Part shown: one piece after another, positions 1 to 13,784 of the stretch
How positions within the stretch are numbered: the stretch's first letter is position 1
Layout of the letters: the number at the start of each line of letters is the position of its first letter
Assembly: GCA_964016885.1 (NCBI GenBank)
Contig: OZ024740.1
Span: forward strand, 274,226,001-274,290,000
Length of the DNA: 64,000 bases
Reading direction: 5' to 3'
Source of the DNA: Eledone cirrhosa
Taxonomy: Eukaryota
The notes under the pieces: generated by a model
What the model was told of the DNA's origin: nothing
What the model saw: the letters and a program-made list of their open reading frames with translations, nothing else
The model's database searches: none
Made by a program: the position numbers and the translations under genes

Positions 1-313
1 AAGTAGATACAATTATTATATATATTAAAGGATGGTGGATTGACAGTATTGGTAGAGGGTACTTAAAGGAAAGCATGTATGTACCATTAGTCTATTTTTT
101 TTTTATGTTAGATTTATTTCACTTAGATACTATTTCAATTTAAGATATTTATTCATAGATGCTAAATTTATAATGAAACTATATTTTAAAGACATTTTGC
201 ATTACTATTTCATATCTATTTAACTTTATTTACATTTAAATAAATAACATGCAACTACATATTAAAGAAATTATGTATTACTTATTTCCTAGTCTATTTA
301 GCCTTATTTACAT

Positions 314-710
314 TTAACTAAATATCCTATGAAAAGTCTTGTTGTATTTGTGGAGACAAGAACTAAACATTTCCAAGCATTTGTTTATAATTTTATGTCT
401 ATTGTTTATAATATGGAGTGGTATAGAGGTCACACCCTTTAGATATAAATGTATTTTCATATGGAAAAGCATGTGAGAGTTTCTGCCAAGAAAGGGAATA
501 TTCAACATTTTTATTTTAAGTGACCAAATCAATTCAGAGAGGGTATTCTACATTTTTTATCTTTTCTTTTAATCAAGTGGTGATGGTTATACCACCTTTC
601 CTTAAATTTAGTGGACGTTGCTAATGCAGGATATTGAGTTATATAACATAATTTTTAGCTGTTGTAAGCCATTTCATATCTTCATTGAAACACGTGTAAG
701 AGATCCTATC
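314..710 (-). pseudogene. Decayed Penelope-like element GIY-YIG endonuclease C-terminal region
   Basis: Manual minus-strand translation across frameshifts gives TSTKFKERWYNH...LSELIWSLK...AFPY...GCDL...IINKCLEMFSSCLHK*. This matches the FKxRxxNH / LSxxIWxLK / CxL / NKxxExxSxCxH pattern of PLE endonucleases. Confidence 0.6.
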
Positions 711-792
711 ATCTAATAAATCTTGCTTCAAATTTCAACAGATTTTGCCTACTTTTTCCTTATACTCAATTCACTTTCTATATTAAATATTA

Positions 793-1281
793 CTAGCAGA
801 AAAATCATCCTTCAGGTGGTTTTCTGCTAGCATGTGTAGTGTGCATATTGATATTATACGCAAGTATATATGCATGTACATATGATACATAAAATAAAAT
901 CGTAATTGACAATATACACAGAAATTGAACGAAGACTGCATTACACTCTCTTATGTAATCAGTAACGTAATCCATGATACATTAAAAAAAGACGATATTA
1001 TATATAAACTGCATTAGGAGAAAATTAGTGACGGAAATATATGAATGTTTATTTAAACGATCGCTAACCAGAAGTGTTGATATATGAAAATTTGAAAGAA
1101 GTGATTCTTAAAATAAGCAAGAAAATTATTTATATTTAATCAAGAATAACGAAAGTTAGTAGATAAATTATGTAATATTCATTCATTATTTATTCAAAGT
1201 AATCCAACTTATTTTACAAACGGGATAAAAAAAATATATTCTGGACGTAATCTTGCACATGTTACTTTATTATAGTTTAGA
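793..1281 (-). mobile_element. Non-autonomous Helitron-like element
   Basis: Minus strand starts A|TCTAAACTATAATAAAG (1281) and ends CTAG|T (793), with a hairpin CTAGCAGAAAA...TTTTCTGCTAG at 793-830. The body (906-1165) recurs at about 25918-26115. Confidence 0.55.
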
Positions 1282-1692
1282 TATATTGATAATAATGGTA
1301 ATCTGCATTATTTTTTTGTACTCAAAACTGATCTGTATAGGCTTTAAGTATTTACCATCTTCATATAACTTCATTACTTGAGATCCACTTTTCTTAAGCA
1401 TATTATATCTATATATCTATGCATGGCCTTGCTATATGTGGGTTCCAACTGATTATTTCTGTTACTGTTTTCTCATTGAGTGATTACCACATAATATGTT
1501 CAATATTATTGTGTATTAATCATCATAGTTCTTGTATGTTAACACACATGCACACACAAACATACATGCACATACATACATGCATATACACACACACATA
1601 TATATACATACATATATATATATATATATACATACATACATGTGTATATATATATATATATTCTTATTGGCAACATGACCCTCCCAAAGTAT

Positions 1693-1727
<35 letters not shown>

Positions 1728-1767
1728 AAGTGTTAAAACGATCAAATTTTAGTTTAGAACATTTATT

Positions 1768-1814
1768 TGCTGACAATTGTTTCTTCCAGAGGGAAGTCTG
1801 GAATCATCGGAGCA
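1768..1814 (-). ncRNA. Minimal type I hammerhead ribozyme motif
   Basis: Minus strand: TGCT-CCGATGA-TTCCAGA cttccc TCTGGAA-GAAAC AATT GTC-AGCA. 4-bp stem I, 7-bp stem II, palindromic ACAATTGT stem III, GUC site; U4C core variant. Confidence 0.75.
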
Positions 1815-2357
1815 TAGGGAATGTCAAACCATGTTACTAAAATCCTAGTCATTTAGAACATTTAGGGTACATAATTGTTGTTAGTGTCATAGGTAACATG
1901 TGGAGAGTCAGGAGTTAAAAGGATGTTCTGCTTGAAAGAACACAATTACAGGCAGCACTGGTTGAAAGCGAAAAGCACAAGCAAAAAAAAAAATGCATGC
2001 AAAAAAGTTATAAGCAAGGAAAATTGGTGTACAATGCAGGAGGCAATACAGTCAATAAGGCATGTATGAGGAAAGAGTTATAATGCAGTTGAAATAAACA
2101 TATTTTGTGTGAGGTGTTAAAGCATGTTATAATTGTCATAAATGTTTTAGATAGTGTGCAATTTGTTAGAGATGCATGTGATGATAATGTAGGTATTTGT
2201 TATGTAAGGTGTAATACAAAGCACGTGATAGAGTTGGATATGTGATTTTCATTCAAGTGTTTGACTCTCCACATGTTACCTATGACACTAACAACAATTT
2301 TGTACCATAAATGTTCTAAATGACTAGGATTTTAGTAGCATGGTTTGACATTCTCTA

Positions 2358-2404
2358 TGCTCCGATAATTCCAGATTTCCCTCTGGAAGAAACAATTCTT
2401 AGCA
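2358..2404 (+). ncRNA. Degenerate copy of the 1768-1814 hammerhead
   Basis: TGCT-CCGATAA-TTCCAGA tttccc TCTGGAA-GAAAC AATT CTT-AGCA. G8 and the cleavage triplet are mutated. Confidence 0.6.
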
Positions 2405-2596
2405 AATAAATGTTCTAAACTAAAATTTGAACGTTTTAACACTTTGTATCTCGGCTCTGTAAAACACTTTAAAATTTGCATTGAGCCTTTTGTCATACCG
2501 GTAACCGGCTAGTACTTAGTACTACCCTCCATATTTATAGTTGTATCAAACATATATAAATATAAATATTCTTATTACTATATCTATATATATATA

Positions 2597-3164
2597 TCAT
2601 CATCATCATCATCAACGTTTAACGTCCGTGTTCCACGCTTGCATGGGTTTGGACGGGGGTTTTCCCACTTGAGGCAAGAGTGATTGTCTTGCTCGCATAG
2701 GACTGTCTGGCAGGTTTTCTACAGTTGGATGCCCTTCCTAACACCAACCACATTTACAGTGTGGGTCTGGGAGGTTTTTACCGTGTTGCCTACACGGCCA
2801 CATTACAGCGTGGACTGTGTGTTTTTTTGTCGTGACACCTACACGATCTCATTTGTTTCGGCCTGGATGGTGTGGCACCAACATAACTTTACATAGAAGG
2901 GGGCGGTGTGGATGGGGTGGGGTGGGGGGGGTATTTTGTTAGAGATGCCTACTGACTGCAGTAGGTTTTACTTTGTATTTAGGTAAGGCGGGTCTTCTCT
3001 ATTACTGAGTACCGCCAAAGGTCTCGGTCCAGTGACATTGTCTTGGTGAGGTGTAAGTGTGTGAGGTCGGAGTTTATCAGCTCGTCCCAGGTTTTTCTTG
3101 GTCTGCCTATTCCGTGGCTACCATCTATCTTTATTGCCCTGCACTTTGTTATACATCTATCTTT

Positions 3165-3165
<1 letters not shown>
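2597..3165 (-). mobile_element. 5'-truncated RTE LINE family 2, 3' end with (GAT)n tail
   Basis: Nearly colinear with 62773-63340, where the same sequence is contiguous with an RT ORF; minus strand encodes GRPRKTWDEL. Confidence 0.85.
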
Positions 3166-3207
<42 letters not shown>

Positions 3208-3749
3208 CATTGTTCTGTTTTAGCATGGTTTCTACAGCTGGATGCTCTTCCTAACATCAACTACTTCCCAGAGTGTACTGTATTACATTGTTGGAGGTGG
3301 AGAGTTTATGGTGGTGCCACGCTTTTCTTGGTGGCCTAAAAGCAGGTGTTTATATACTGCTTGGAGCAAGTGGTTGTTTGCGTGGTGTCAGACGTTTTGG
3401 AGTATACCTGATTTCATGGGTTGGAAAAGTTTGGGGGATGCAAGGGTTCAGCAGGGAAGGTGAATCAGTAAAGCCTCCCCTAGATTTCCATATTAGCAAA
3501 GTAGTCAGGAGTATATTGACAAATGAGGACCTGGGATTTGTTCCCTCTGTCTACTTCTTCATATTTAGTGTTCAGAAGGGGATTAGGTGCATGTGGGCAG
3601 TGATTTCAGGAGAATCATGGTGAGTGGGATGTGGGATCTGAGTGGTGTTGTACCACCTTTCTGATTCTTCGAGTTTAGGATGGGATGAGGTTGATGGGTT
3701 AGCCATCCTCCCTTTGCTGCTTCAGGAAGGTATGTTCGTCACATTATAG

Positions 3750-4590
3750 AATATTGCTAGATTTCTCACTCTTTTGTGAAGTGCAACTGCTTGAGGGCAG
3801 CACCCACCACATCCTTCCATGTTTTCCTAGCTCTACCCTTTCAAGATGGCCTTTGATTTCAAGTGACCAGCATTGTTTGATGCAGCCATCATCCTTCAAA
3901 CATATTACAAGTCCGTACCATTGCAGTCACCTATCTTGCAACTGATGACTCTTATTTCCTGATTCTCTCTTAGGTTATTGATACTTCATCACTAATGTTT
4001 ACTATGATGCATCTATTGGATATGCTTACCGCATTTCTTTCCAATCTTTTAAAGTCGTCTGTTCACAAGCCCAAGTGCCATTCCCATGTAGCATTGCTAT
4101 TCACATGCAAACATCATACAATCTGCCTTTTTCTCTGAGGGAGAGGCCCTTTGTATCTCAATAGATCCCTGAACTTTTTCCTACTGATCTTTACTCTGGA
4201 TATTGTACTTTCAGAACACTAGCTGCCCTGTTAATCTGGTCCACCCAGGTAGCAGTAGCTGTTTATTATTTCTATGGAGACCTCTGACCATTTGATGAGA
4301 TTCATTTCATGTGTGCTTTTGTAGGTTACTGTTTCAGTGCATCAGCTACATACAAAGCCTACATTCTTTGCTACCTCACCTGCAATCACACTAGATTTTT
4401 GTGTACCTAGAACTTATATTTTGTACATAAGATAGAATTTATACCTACTCATTTCCTGCATACTGAGCAAGGTGATGTCCATGAAGGAATCTGGTTCCTG
4501 TTTTTTTACTTATTAAGAATTTGATATTTGCTAGTTTTATTTTAAGGCATTTTAATTCTAGGTTTTGCTTCCATCCCTAGAATTTATTCT
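3750..4590 (-). pseudogene. Old, decayed RTE RT C-terminal fragment
   Basis: Minus strand retains degenerate YLG..I, GRLYD.C, MLHG..TW, WYG.V and RARKTW motifs homologous to 14650-15420. Confidence 0.7.
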
Positions 4591-4638
4591 CTAGATACAC
4601 AAATGCATTCATACATGTGTATATATATATACATACAT

Positions 4639-4688
<50 letters not shown>

Positions 4689-5435
4689 TCCATATTTCCA
4701 AATATATTCACCTGTATAATCATGTATATACATCCATTTTACCATCTATTTCGCATTGTCTCAGCCTTCTAAAACATATCATTTTCTACTTTATACATAC
4801 AAATATATATATAAACATACAGACACACATGTATATATGTATATGTGAGTATGTTCCTCTATATGTTATATGTGTTTGGTACATTTTGTAATAACTGCAA
4901 AATATTATTTTGTGGTGCAGCGCCAATAATGTATGCCAGCAGAGAATGGATTTGAATTTTTTTTCTAAATATAGAACAGTTGGTAAGCAAAGATTTCTCT
5001 GAGCTGGGGTCAATGCTGTTCTGACCAGCCGACGCTTATCAGCAAGATGGTTTAGACTGATGGAAATATATATATATATATATGAGTGTGTGTGTACATA
5101 TATATATATATATACACACACGCATAGACATATTATTAGTACAGCAACACACCACTCTTTACCCTATATGCCTGGGGGATCTCTGAAAGCTCCCCACCAT
5201 CCTTCGTGATTTTTTAGTATAACATTTGAAAGAATCCAGATTTTTCTCTGAAATTTGGTGAATGTTCCTAGAATTTACCCTGTTAAATTATCACGCAGCT
5301 GATTTGAAAAATATTTCCGCATTGCCATTGAAATAGCAGGAGTTCAACAGGGGTTATAAAATGATATTTTGTAACAACATTTGATTGTACAGATTCTGTA
5401 TCCAAAACAATATTGCCTAAAAATAATATTATATA

Positions 5436-5466
<31 letters not shown>

Positions 5467-5644
5467 CAAGGGTTGACTGTGAAGAAGTGATGCTAGAGCT
5501 ATGACATTTTGCTTGCATTAATTTCAACTTTTTCTATTAATAACTGCATTGTTTCTTTCCAGTGATTATGTTGAAAAATAAACCTCATTAAGTCATTTCC
5601 TGAGAGTATCTTGGACAGCCTATGAACTTTTACACTGACCCTTG
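5467..5644 (+). mobile_element. Mariner-derived internal deletion element
   Basis: TA|CAAGGGT...ACCCTTG|TA ends. Internal GATTATGTTGAAAAATAA reads DYVEK*, the typical mariner transposase C-terminus. Confidence 0.6.
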
Positions 5645-5648
5645 TATA

Positions 5649-5695
<47 letters not shown>

Positions 5696-5781
5696 AAAAG
5701 AGATAACATAAATAACAAAGCAAATAGCATAGTACATAGAATAATTATATTAGTTTAACGCTTGAAATAGCAGGAAGATAG

Positions 5782-5817
5782 TCTTAATGTTTCGGACACT
5801 GGTCCTTCATCAGAAGA
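5782..5817 (-). ncRNA. Minimal type I hammerhead ribozyme motif
   Basis: Minus strand: TCTT-CTGATGAA-GGAC cagt GTCC-GAAACATT-AAGA. Stems I and II pair perfectly; the stem III loop ACAT is one transition away from palindromic ACGT. Confidence 0.65.
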
Positions 5818-6264
5818 TAGAGTTAGAAATAGAAGATAAATAGAAAGTAAAGAGTGATGAGAGGAAGGAACGAGGAAAATGAGAAAAAAACGAGGATAAA
5901 AAAACACGTAAACACACAAACACACAAACACATACATAAATATATATATGTATATGAACACATATATGTGTGATCTTTATATGGAAGGTATAAACGTTTT
6001 ATAATAATGTAACTGGCAACAGAGTTCAGCTGAAGCAGACATCGAAATACAAGTCAATAAGAGGTTGGGTAATTTTTTACACAGTGTCCTAATGCTGTGT
6101 TGATGGTAGGTGTTGTAATGGAGGTCAGTGCAGTAGCTTGGATATTGAGGAAGGTATCAGTGTCAGAACTAGTGGTAGTTGTGTTAGTGTTAGTGATATA
6201 TATTGGATGGTAGCATTAAGGTGGTGATATTTCGGATAGTCCATGTTATCATTGGCACTGTCAT

Positions 6265-6455
6265 CAAGCCAACAAAGAAATAATTTCATCTCTCCTTCTG
6301 TGGCAGTCCCTCTGAATGTGTCTATTCATGAAACCTGACTTTCCCCGGGACTCGGGGTTGAACATAAGGGATCTGGAGACAGCAATGCAGGACTGAACAG
6401 ACTTGTCAAGAGAGTTCCAACTGCCCACAGAGGTTTTGAAGAATGATGATGATGA
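6265..6455 (+). mobile_element. Decayed 3' end of an RTE/RTEX-like LINE
   Basis: Translates KEIISSLLLW...RDSGLNIRDLETAMQD and is followed by (GAT)n. Confidence 0.45.
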
Positions 6456-6884
6456 GCATTGGCATGCTGGAAGATTTTGAAAAATATGTTTTGTTATTGT
6501 TGTTGTTACTCTATCACATGTTCCAGCTGACAGGCTAAGGCCATGCTGTGATGCCACTGTTGTTTTCTTATTGTTTTTCTTTAGCCCTAGGAAATCCTGA
6601 ATGAGCATGCCTCTGATCAATGTACATGGAATCCCTGACCACATTGTCCTGTATGTCATTTCTAAAATAGTAGGAATGGAATGAATAAATGAATGAAGGA
6701 AGGAAGGAAGGAAGGAAGGAAGGAAGGAAGGAAAGAAAGAAAGAATGAATAAAAATGCAAAGAAATTAAAGAGAGTAAGGAAGATAAGATGGAACATCAT
6801 CATGAAAATCATCATCATCATCATTTTATGCTTATTTTCCCTGTTTGCATGGGTTAGATGGGTTGTCACATTCTGAGTTTAGAC

Positions 6885-7069
6885 CAGGGTTTCCCAAACC
6901 TTTTCACACATGGAACCCTATTTGGTTCAGAAACTCCTGGGGGAACCGGAAAGTCTCATACTGTTATATGGTCATAATATAGATATACTCCTCTACCTTT
7001 TTTCATGGAACTCCAGACACTCCTTTGCGGAACCCTTGGGTTCTGCAGAAACCGCTTTGGGAACCACTG
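6885..7069. mobile_element. hAT (Charlie-like) MITE
   Basis: Ends CAGGGTTTCCCAAA...TTTGGGAACCACTG with 8-bp flanks GTTTAGAC / GTTTAAAC. Inserted into an older RTE-tailed repeat (about 6800-7200). Confidence 0.8.
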
Positions 7070-7914
7070 GTTTAAACAGACCAGATGACAGTCTCTTGCA
7101 TATATGTTCCACTTTGGCATGCTTTATATGGTTGGATGCCCTTTCTTATGTCACCCTCTTCACAGTGTGTACTGGGTATATTTTCCAGTGCCACTACCAC
7201 TACCATATGGCAAGGTGAACTGAGTGCATTGTTCATGTTACTAGTACCTCCACGTTTCTCTTAGTGAAAGATGAAATAAATGAAAAGGAAGAATGAAAAA
7301 GAAAGAGAAAGACAGAAAGAAAGAAAGCACAAGAAAGAAAAACAGAAAGAAAGACAGAAAGAAAGAAAGCACAAGAAAGAAAGACAGAAAGAAGGATATG
7401 GTACATAAAAAGCATTGCTTTATTCAACAGATCCAGTGTGCAGTGTTGTAAAAAGCTGTCTTTCTTTTGCACCATTCTATTACACAGTTTCATCTCTGCT
7501 CACACTACCTATACCATACACTCAAACATATCCATAAATATACAATACAGACATGCACACACACACACACACACACACAAACACATATATATATATAAAC
7601 ATACACACATATATTCATACACACACAGACATTTTGACCTCTATAATTTTATTCTATCACATTCATGCATTACACACACTAATATATGATAACAAACAAT
7701 TCACACCCAAACACAGTACGCAAACAGACACACACAGTTTCTATAGTTGTGTACAATTAAACATATACAAACATACAAACACAGACGCTTACAAACACAT
7801 TGAAGCTCTCTTTTGCACACAGATTTTTCATACCATTTATATACACTTAGGTACATAAAAAGTTTACACACAAGAATAGACATACATATATAGACATACA
7901 CTCACAAATGGACA

Positions 7915-8265
7915 CACTCACACAAACAAATATATATACGCACACACACACACAGACATATAGATAGCAATACACACCCACACAGACATATAGATACTAA
8001 TACACACCCACACAAACAAATATATACACACACACACACACAGACATATAGATACCAATACACACCCACACAGACATATAGATACTAATACACACCCACT
8101 CATAAACTAACTTTTGTATGTTGTACAATCATGAAAACCCACACAAACAGACACATTCACACACAAACATAGACATATACACATTAAGACTAGGTTCCTC
8201 CTTTCACATACCAACACTTGTAGACCCAGACATTAATAGTTCGATCCTGGACACACATACATACG

Positions 8266-8331
<66 letters not shown>

Positions 8332-8438
8332 TTCATGAACAACACATACGCACATACACACACACACATACATATATATATACGCACACACACACACACA
8401 TATATATATACACACACATATATATATATATATATACG

Positions 8439-8472
<34 letters not shown>

Positions 8473-8530
8473 GCCACACATTCATGAACAACACATACGG
8501 ACATACACACACACACACACACATATATAT

Positions 8531-8574
<44 letters not shown>

Positions 8575-8655
8575 CCACACATTCAATGAACAACACACTG
8601 ATACACAAACACATATATGCAAACATCTACAAACACAGACACCCTGCACACGCAA

Positions 8656-8687
<32 letters not shown>

Positions 8688-8720
8688 CCAATCATATACA
8701 AATACACACAAACATGCATA
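7915..8720. repeat. Compound (CA)/(TA) microsatellite and minisatellite block
   Basis: About 30-bp units such as CACAGACATATAGATACTAATACACACCCA at 7950-8100, and three copies of CACACATTCATGAACAACAC at 8325-8600. Confidence 0.8.
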
Positions 8721-9374
8721 CACATACAGTAACATAAACATAGATACAAACACTGCCCTTGTCTGCAACCATCATCTCAAACCAACCAAACCAGCCCCCA
8801 ACACAACATCCATATCTCTCTCATTTGTTATCTCTTTTTTCTCTCTCTCACTCTCTTTCCTTTTCTTAATTAGGTTATCCAGACTCTCTGAAGACTCAGA
8901 TAGAATCTCGGACAATTAATGATTTTTTGCTGGTTTATACACAGACAAACAAATATATATAAATAGATATAGATAAAGCTATGTATAAAGCTATATGTAT
9001 ATATATATATATATACACACACATATATACATGTATATGTATACACATATATACAAACATATATATACATATATAATTATACACAAATTTGTATATACAT
9101 ACATATATAATTATACACAAATATGTATAAATATATGTTGTTGTTTAGCCTAAAGTTAGCCCAGATTGAGCAGACTTTATAAGTATTTATATGTTTTGTC
9201 TATGTCTGCACATTGTTTATGTATATTCGTATGTTCATGTCTAAGAGAATGTGCATGCGTTATTGTATGTACCTATACAAAGCCCTCTTCATCTCATTCT
9301 ACAGACACTCATATAACGAATAAAATAAAGATGTATGAATAAAACTGTCTCTCTTATTTATTATATATATATAT

Positions 9375-10440
<1,066 letters not shown>

Positions 10441-10451
10441 TTTCATATATG

Positions 10452-10638
<187 letters not shown>

Positions 10639-10689
10639 TGTATATACATACACACACATATATATATAGTTCAAGGAAACAACAATAGA

Positions 10690-11127
10690 GGTGCAAAATA
10701 TCTAACTCCTACTAATCGCAACCATAATTTCAACTGCCGTAACCCCGCTGCGTGCCTGCTTAACGGCCAGTGCCTTACGCCCAATATCATATATAGGTTA
10801 GGGGCAGGGTTAGCACGGCCTCATCCACTAGCTCTTATATTGGCTCTACATCAAACCCCTTTAAGGTTCGTTATAATGCGCACTCATTTTCCTTCCCTGA
10901 CCCTAGCAATAGATGCTCAACTTCTCTAACTAGGCTCATTAAGAACCTTAGACTAGCCAACATTGATCTCCTGCATTTAATGGGAGAAAAACTCTTGCGT
11001 TCTCTGTCTTACTGAGGCCTATCACATAACTTTGCCTCCCCCCATCAATGATAGGAATGAGCTGGTCATCAACTGCCACCACCGCAGAACGAGTTCCTTC
11101 GCCAACAGAATGTTAGACCCAGCTTAG
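10690..11127 (+). pseudogene. Penelope-like GIY-YIG endonuclease fragment (frameshifted)
   Basis: [22 protein letters not shown], then after a frameshift [21 protein letters not shown]...STSL...CVLCLTEAYHI...NDRNELVINCHHRR*. Presumed 3'UTR continues to about 11800. Confidence 0.85.
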
Positions 11128-11829
11128 CCTATCCTTTAGTCATGCTCCTCCCTAAAACTAACAAATTAATGACATCATTAGTCCACCACATAAGCACCTA
11201 TAAATTACCTCACTTTCATTATCTTAGCTACAAATCCCACTGCAACTATACCTATAAGCTACCTCCCTACCCAACCTTGGTTACAGCTTCTAGTGGGATT
11301 CTTGGCTCTACAAGGAGTTACCTCCCTTGAAACCCATCTCTATACAATAAGATAGTTTTCCTACAAGAAGCCATTTTGGTATGTGATAGGCAGCAGTGTT
11401 TACCTTCAGCCTCGATAGACATCTCATGTTTATTTATACCATACACATGAAATTCTCCAGTACCAAGGTGCCCCATCTAGGGAGTTGCTAATCTGAGGAT
11501 TCTTTACGAACACTCCCATTTTATTTTTATTTCATTTTTATTTTTATTCTGCTTTATATATAGTCATAATCTCATTATCTTTCCCCAAGTTCCGAAGATC
11601 TGCTCCATAATATTATTCTATGTTACTTATATTTCTCTGCACCAAATCAATAACTTTCTTACCATTGATTGATCCAGAAACATTATATGGAGTAGTGAAA
11701 CAATTGTAAACTGACATTACTATCCCCTTTCTATATTAAACTGCACTTTATATTGATACTCTGTGACTAATGTCTTCTATGTGAATTTGTGGTCTTGATT
11801 TTCTTAACTACTGAATATATATGTATATA

Positions 11830-11861
<32 letters not shown>

Positions 11862-12027
11862 AATAAATTGTGGAGAGGGAGAACACGAGTTAGGATATAT
11901 ATATATATATATATATACAGTATTTTCCGTTGTGTTGTAATATAAATATTACACACAGTAGATTGACAGCTCACGTAGAGTTTGCTCAACGGTTCCAGTT
12001 GAAATTTCAAAAGTAATCCGGAGAAAA

Positions 12028-12095
<68 letters not shown>

Positions 12096-12487
12096 ATTTT
12101 GTATTTGTATCAGTACTGTCGGTAATATATGTATATATATGTGTGTTTGTGAGTGGTGTGTGTGATTGTATGCATGAATGAGTGTTGGTATGTGAGTGGC
12201 GTGTGTGTGGTTGTGGTTTGTATGCATGAGTGTTGGTGTGTGAGTGTTTGTGTGTGCGTCGTGACAATAAGTTGTTTTTTTTTTGTTTTTTTTATAACCA
12301 TGCTGTAAAATGGAGGGGTAGAGAGGGCCCTTGAGTCTAGTAAGACATCCTCTCTAGTGCTGGTGGCACAAATAAAAGCACCCAGTCCATGCTGTAAAGT
12401 GGCACTGGTGTTAGGAAGGGCATCCAACCAGTGTATCAATGCCAAAACGCTTATCAGCACAGCAACAAATAGGAACAACAACAAAAT

Positions 12488-13216
12488 ATGAAGACATCAC
12501 ATCTCATAGTTGCAACACTTAATGTTGGCACTCTCAGAGGTAGATCTGCTGAAATAGCGGAGATGCTGGAGAGAAGGCAGGTGGATGTGTGCTGCGTGCA
12601 AGAGGTGAGATGGAGAGGTACCTCTGCGAGACTAGTCGTAGGCAAGCGTCTTAGCTATAAGCTATTCTGGGTAGGTAAGGATGATGGGCTAGGGGGAGTA
12701 GGTATTTTCCTGGCTGAGAAATGGATCAATAAGACAATAGAGGTAGTTCGAGTTAGTAATCGAATAATTAAGCTTAGATTAGGTGTAGGTAGGAGACTAC
12801 TGACAATCATCTCAGCCTATGCTCCCCAAGCAGGCCTAGGCAAAGATGAGAAAGACTGCTTTTATGAGCAACTTTTGCAAACAACTGCAATGACAGAGGA
12901 CGGAGACATTGTTATGCTAGCAGGAGACTTCAATGGTCATGTTGGACAGCTCCAGGATGGTTACACTGGGGTACATGGTGGGCACGGTTACGGTTCAAGA
13001 AATGAGGAAGGAGTGAGACTTCTTGAATTTTGTGATGCGGGTACATTGACTATTTGCAACACAAACTTCCAGAAACCTGCCAATCACCTAATAACCTACA
13101 AATCTGGTGAGCACATAAGCCAGATTGACTTCCTGCTAGTTAGGCAGCGGGACAGGCAGATAGTGTCTAATACCAAGGCATACCCTGGGGAAGAATGTAC
13201 CCACAGCATAGGTTAG
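12488..13216 (+). pseudogene. LINE apurinic-like endonuclease (APE) domain
   Basis: ATLNVGTL, CCVQEVRW, SAYAPQ, AGDFNGHVG and SQIDFLLV motifs; frameshift just before (Q)HRLVV. Confidence 0.93.
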
Positions 13217-13784
13217 TTGTTAGTGATATCTCAGTAAGCAAGAGATGGAATGAGACATATAGAAAGGTCTGGAAGCTAAAAGACCTTTCACTAAAATACA
13301 AATTTAGGAAAGCCCTTCAAGATGTATATGACGAAAAAGAAGACGATTTAGAGACGTATGACATAGATAATAACTGGAATTTCTTACGTGACAACTTGCT
13401 GCAGGCTACTGATGAAACCTGTGGCTGGAGCAGAGCTCCAACCAGACAGAGAGTGACCTGGTGGTGGAACAGCACAGTAGATAAGGCTATTAGAGACAAA
13501 AGACTAGCATGGAAGGCTTGGAAAAAGGGAAGAATATACAGCCACTAAGAGAGAAGCTAGACGTCAGGTGTACTTAGCACGCAGGGAGGCAGAGAGTAGG
13601 AGGTTTGCCAATGTTCTGCGACGGGAAGATCAGAGGCGTGCGGTATTCCACATTGCAAGGCAGTGTGTCAATGCAAATCAGGATGTTGTTGGAGATAAAT
13701 GTGTCCAGGATGATGCCGGTGTACTTAGTGTCACGAATGATCAGAAAAAGGAGGCCTGGAAATGTCATTATGAGAGACTGATGA

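Larger units (their letters stand above)
1727..2550. mobile_element. Penelope-like pLTR remnant with about 184-bp inverted repeat (1727-1910 / 2262-2445)
   Basis: Arms are reverse complements with scattered mismatches. Each arm carries a hammerhead motif, and the unit is flanked by TA-rich tracts. Confidence 0.7.

Noticed and set aside
5158-5357. Possible piggyBac-type MITE (TTTACCCT...GGGGTTAT)
   Set aside because: Neither end has an intact TTAA and the TIR match is too short to support a call.
6264-6869. 201-aa minus-strand ORF
   Set aside because: Strings together a repeat tail, a (GGAA)n microsatellite and the antisense of a LINE 3' end.
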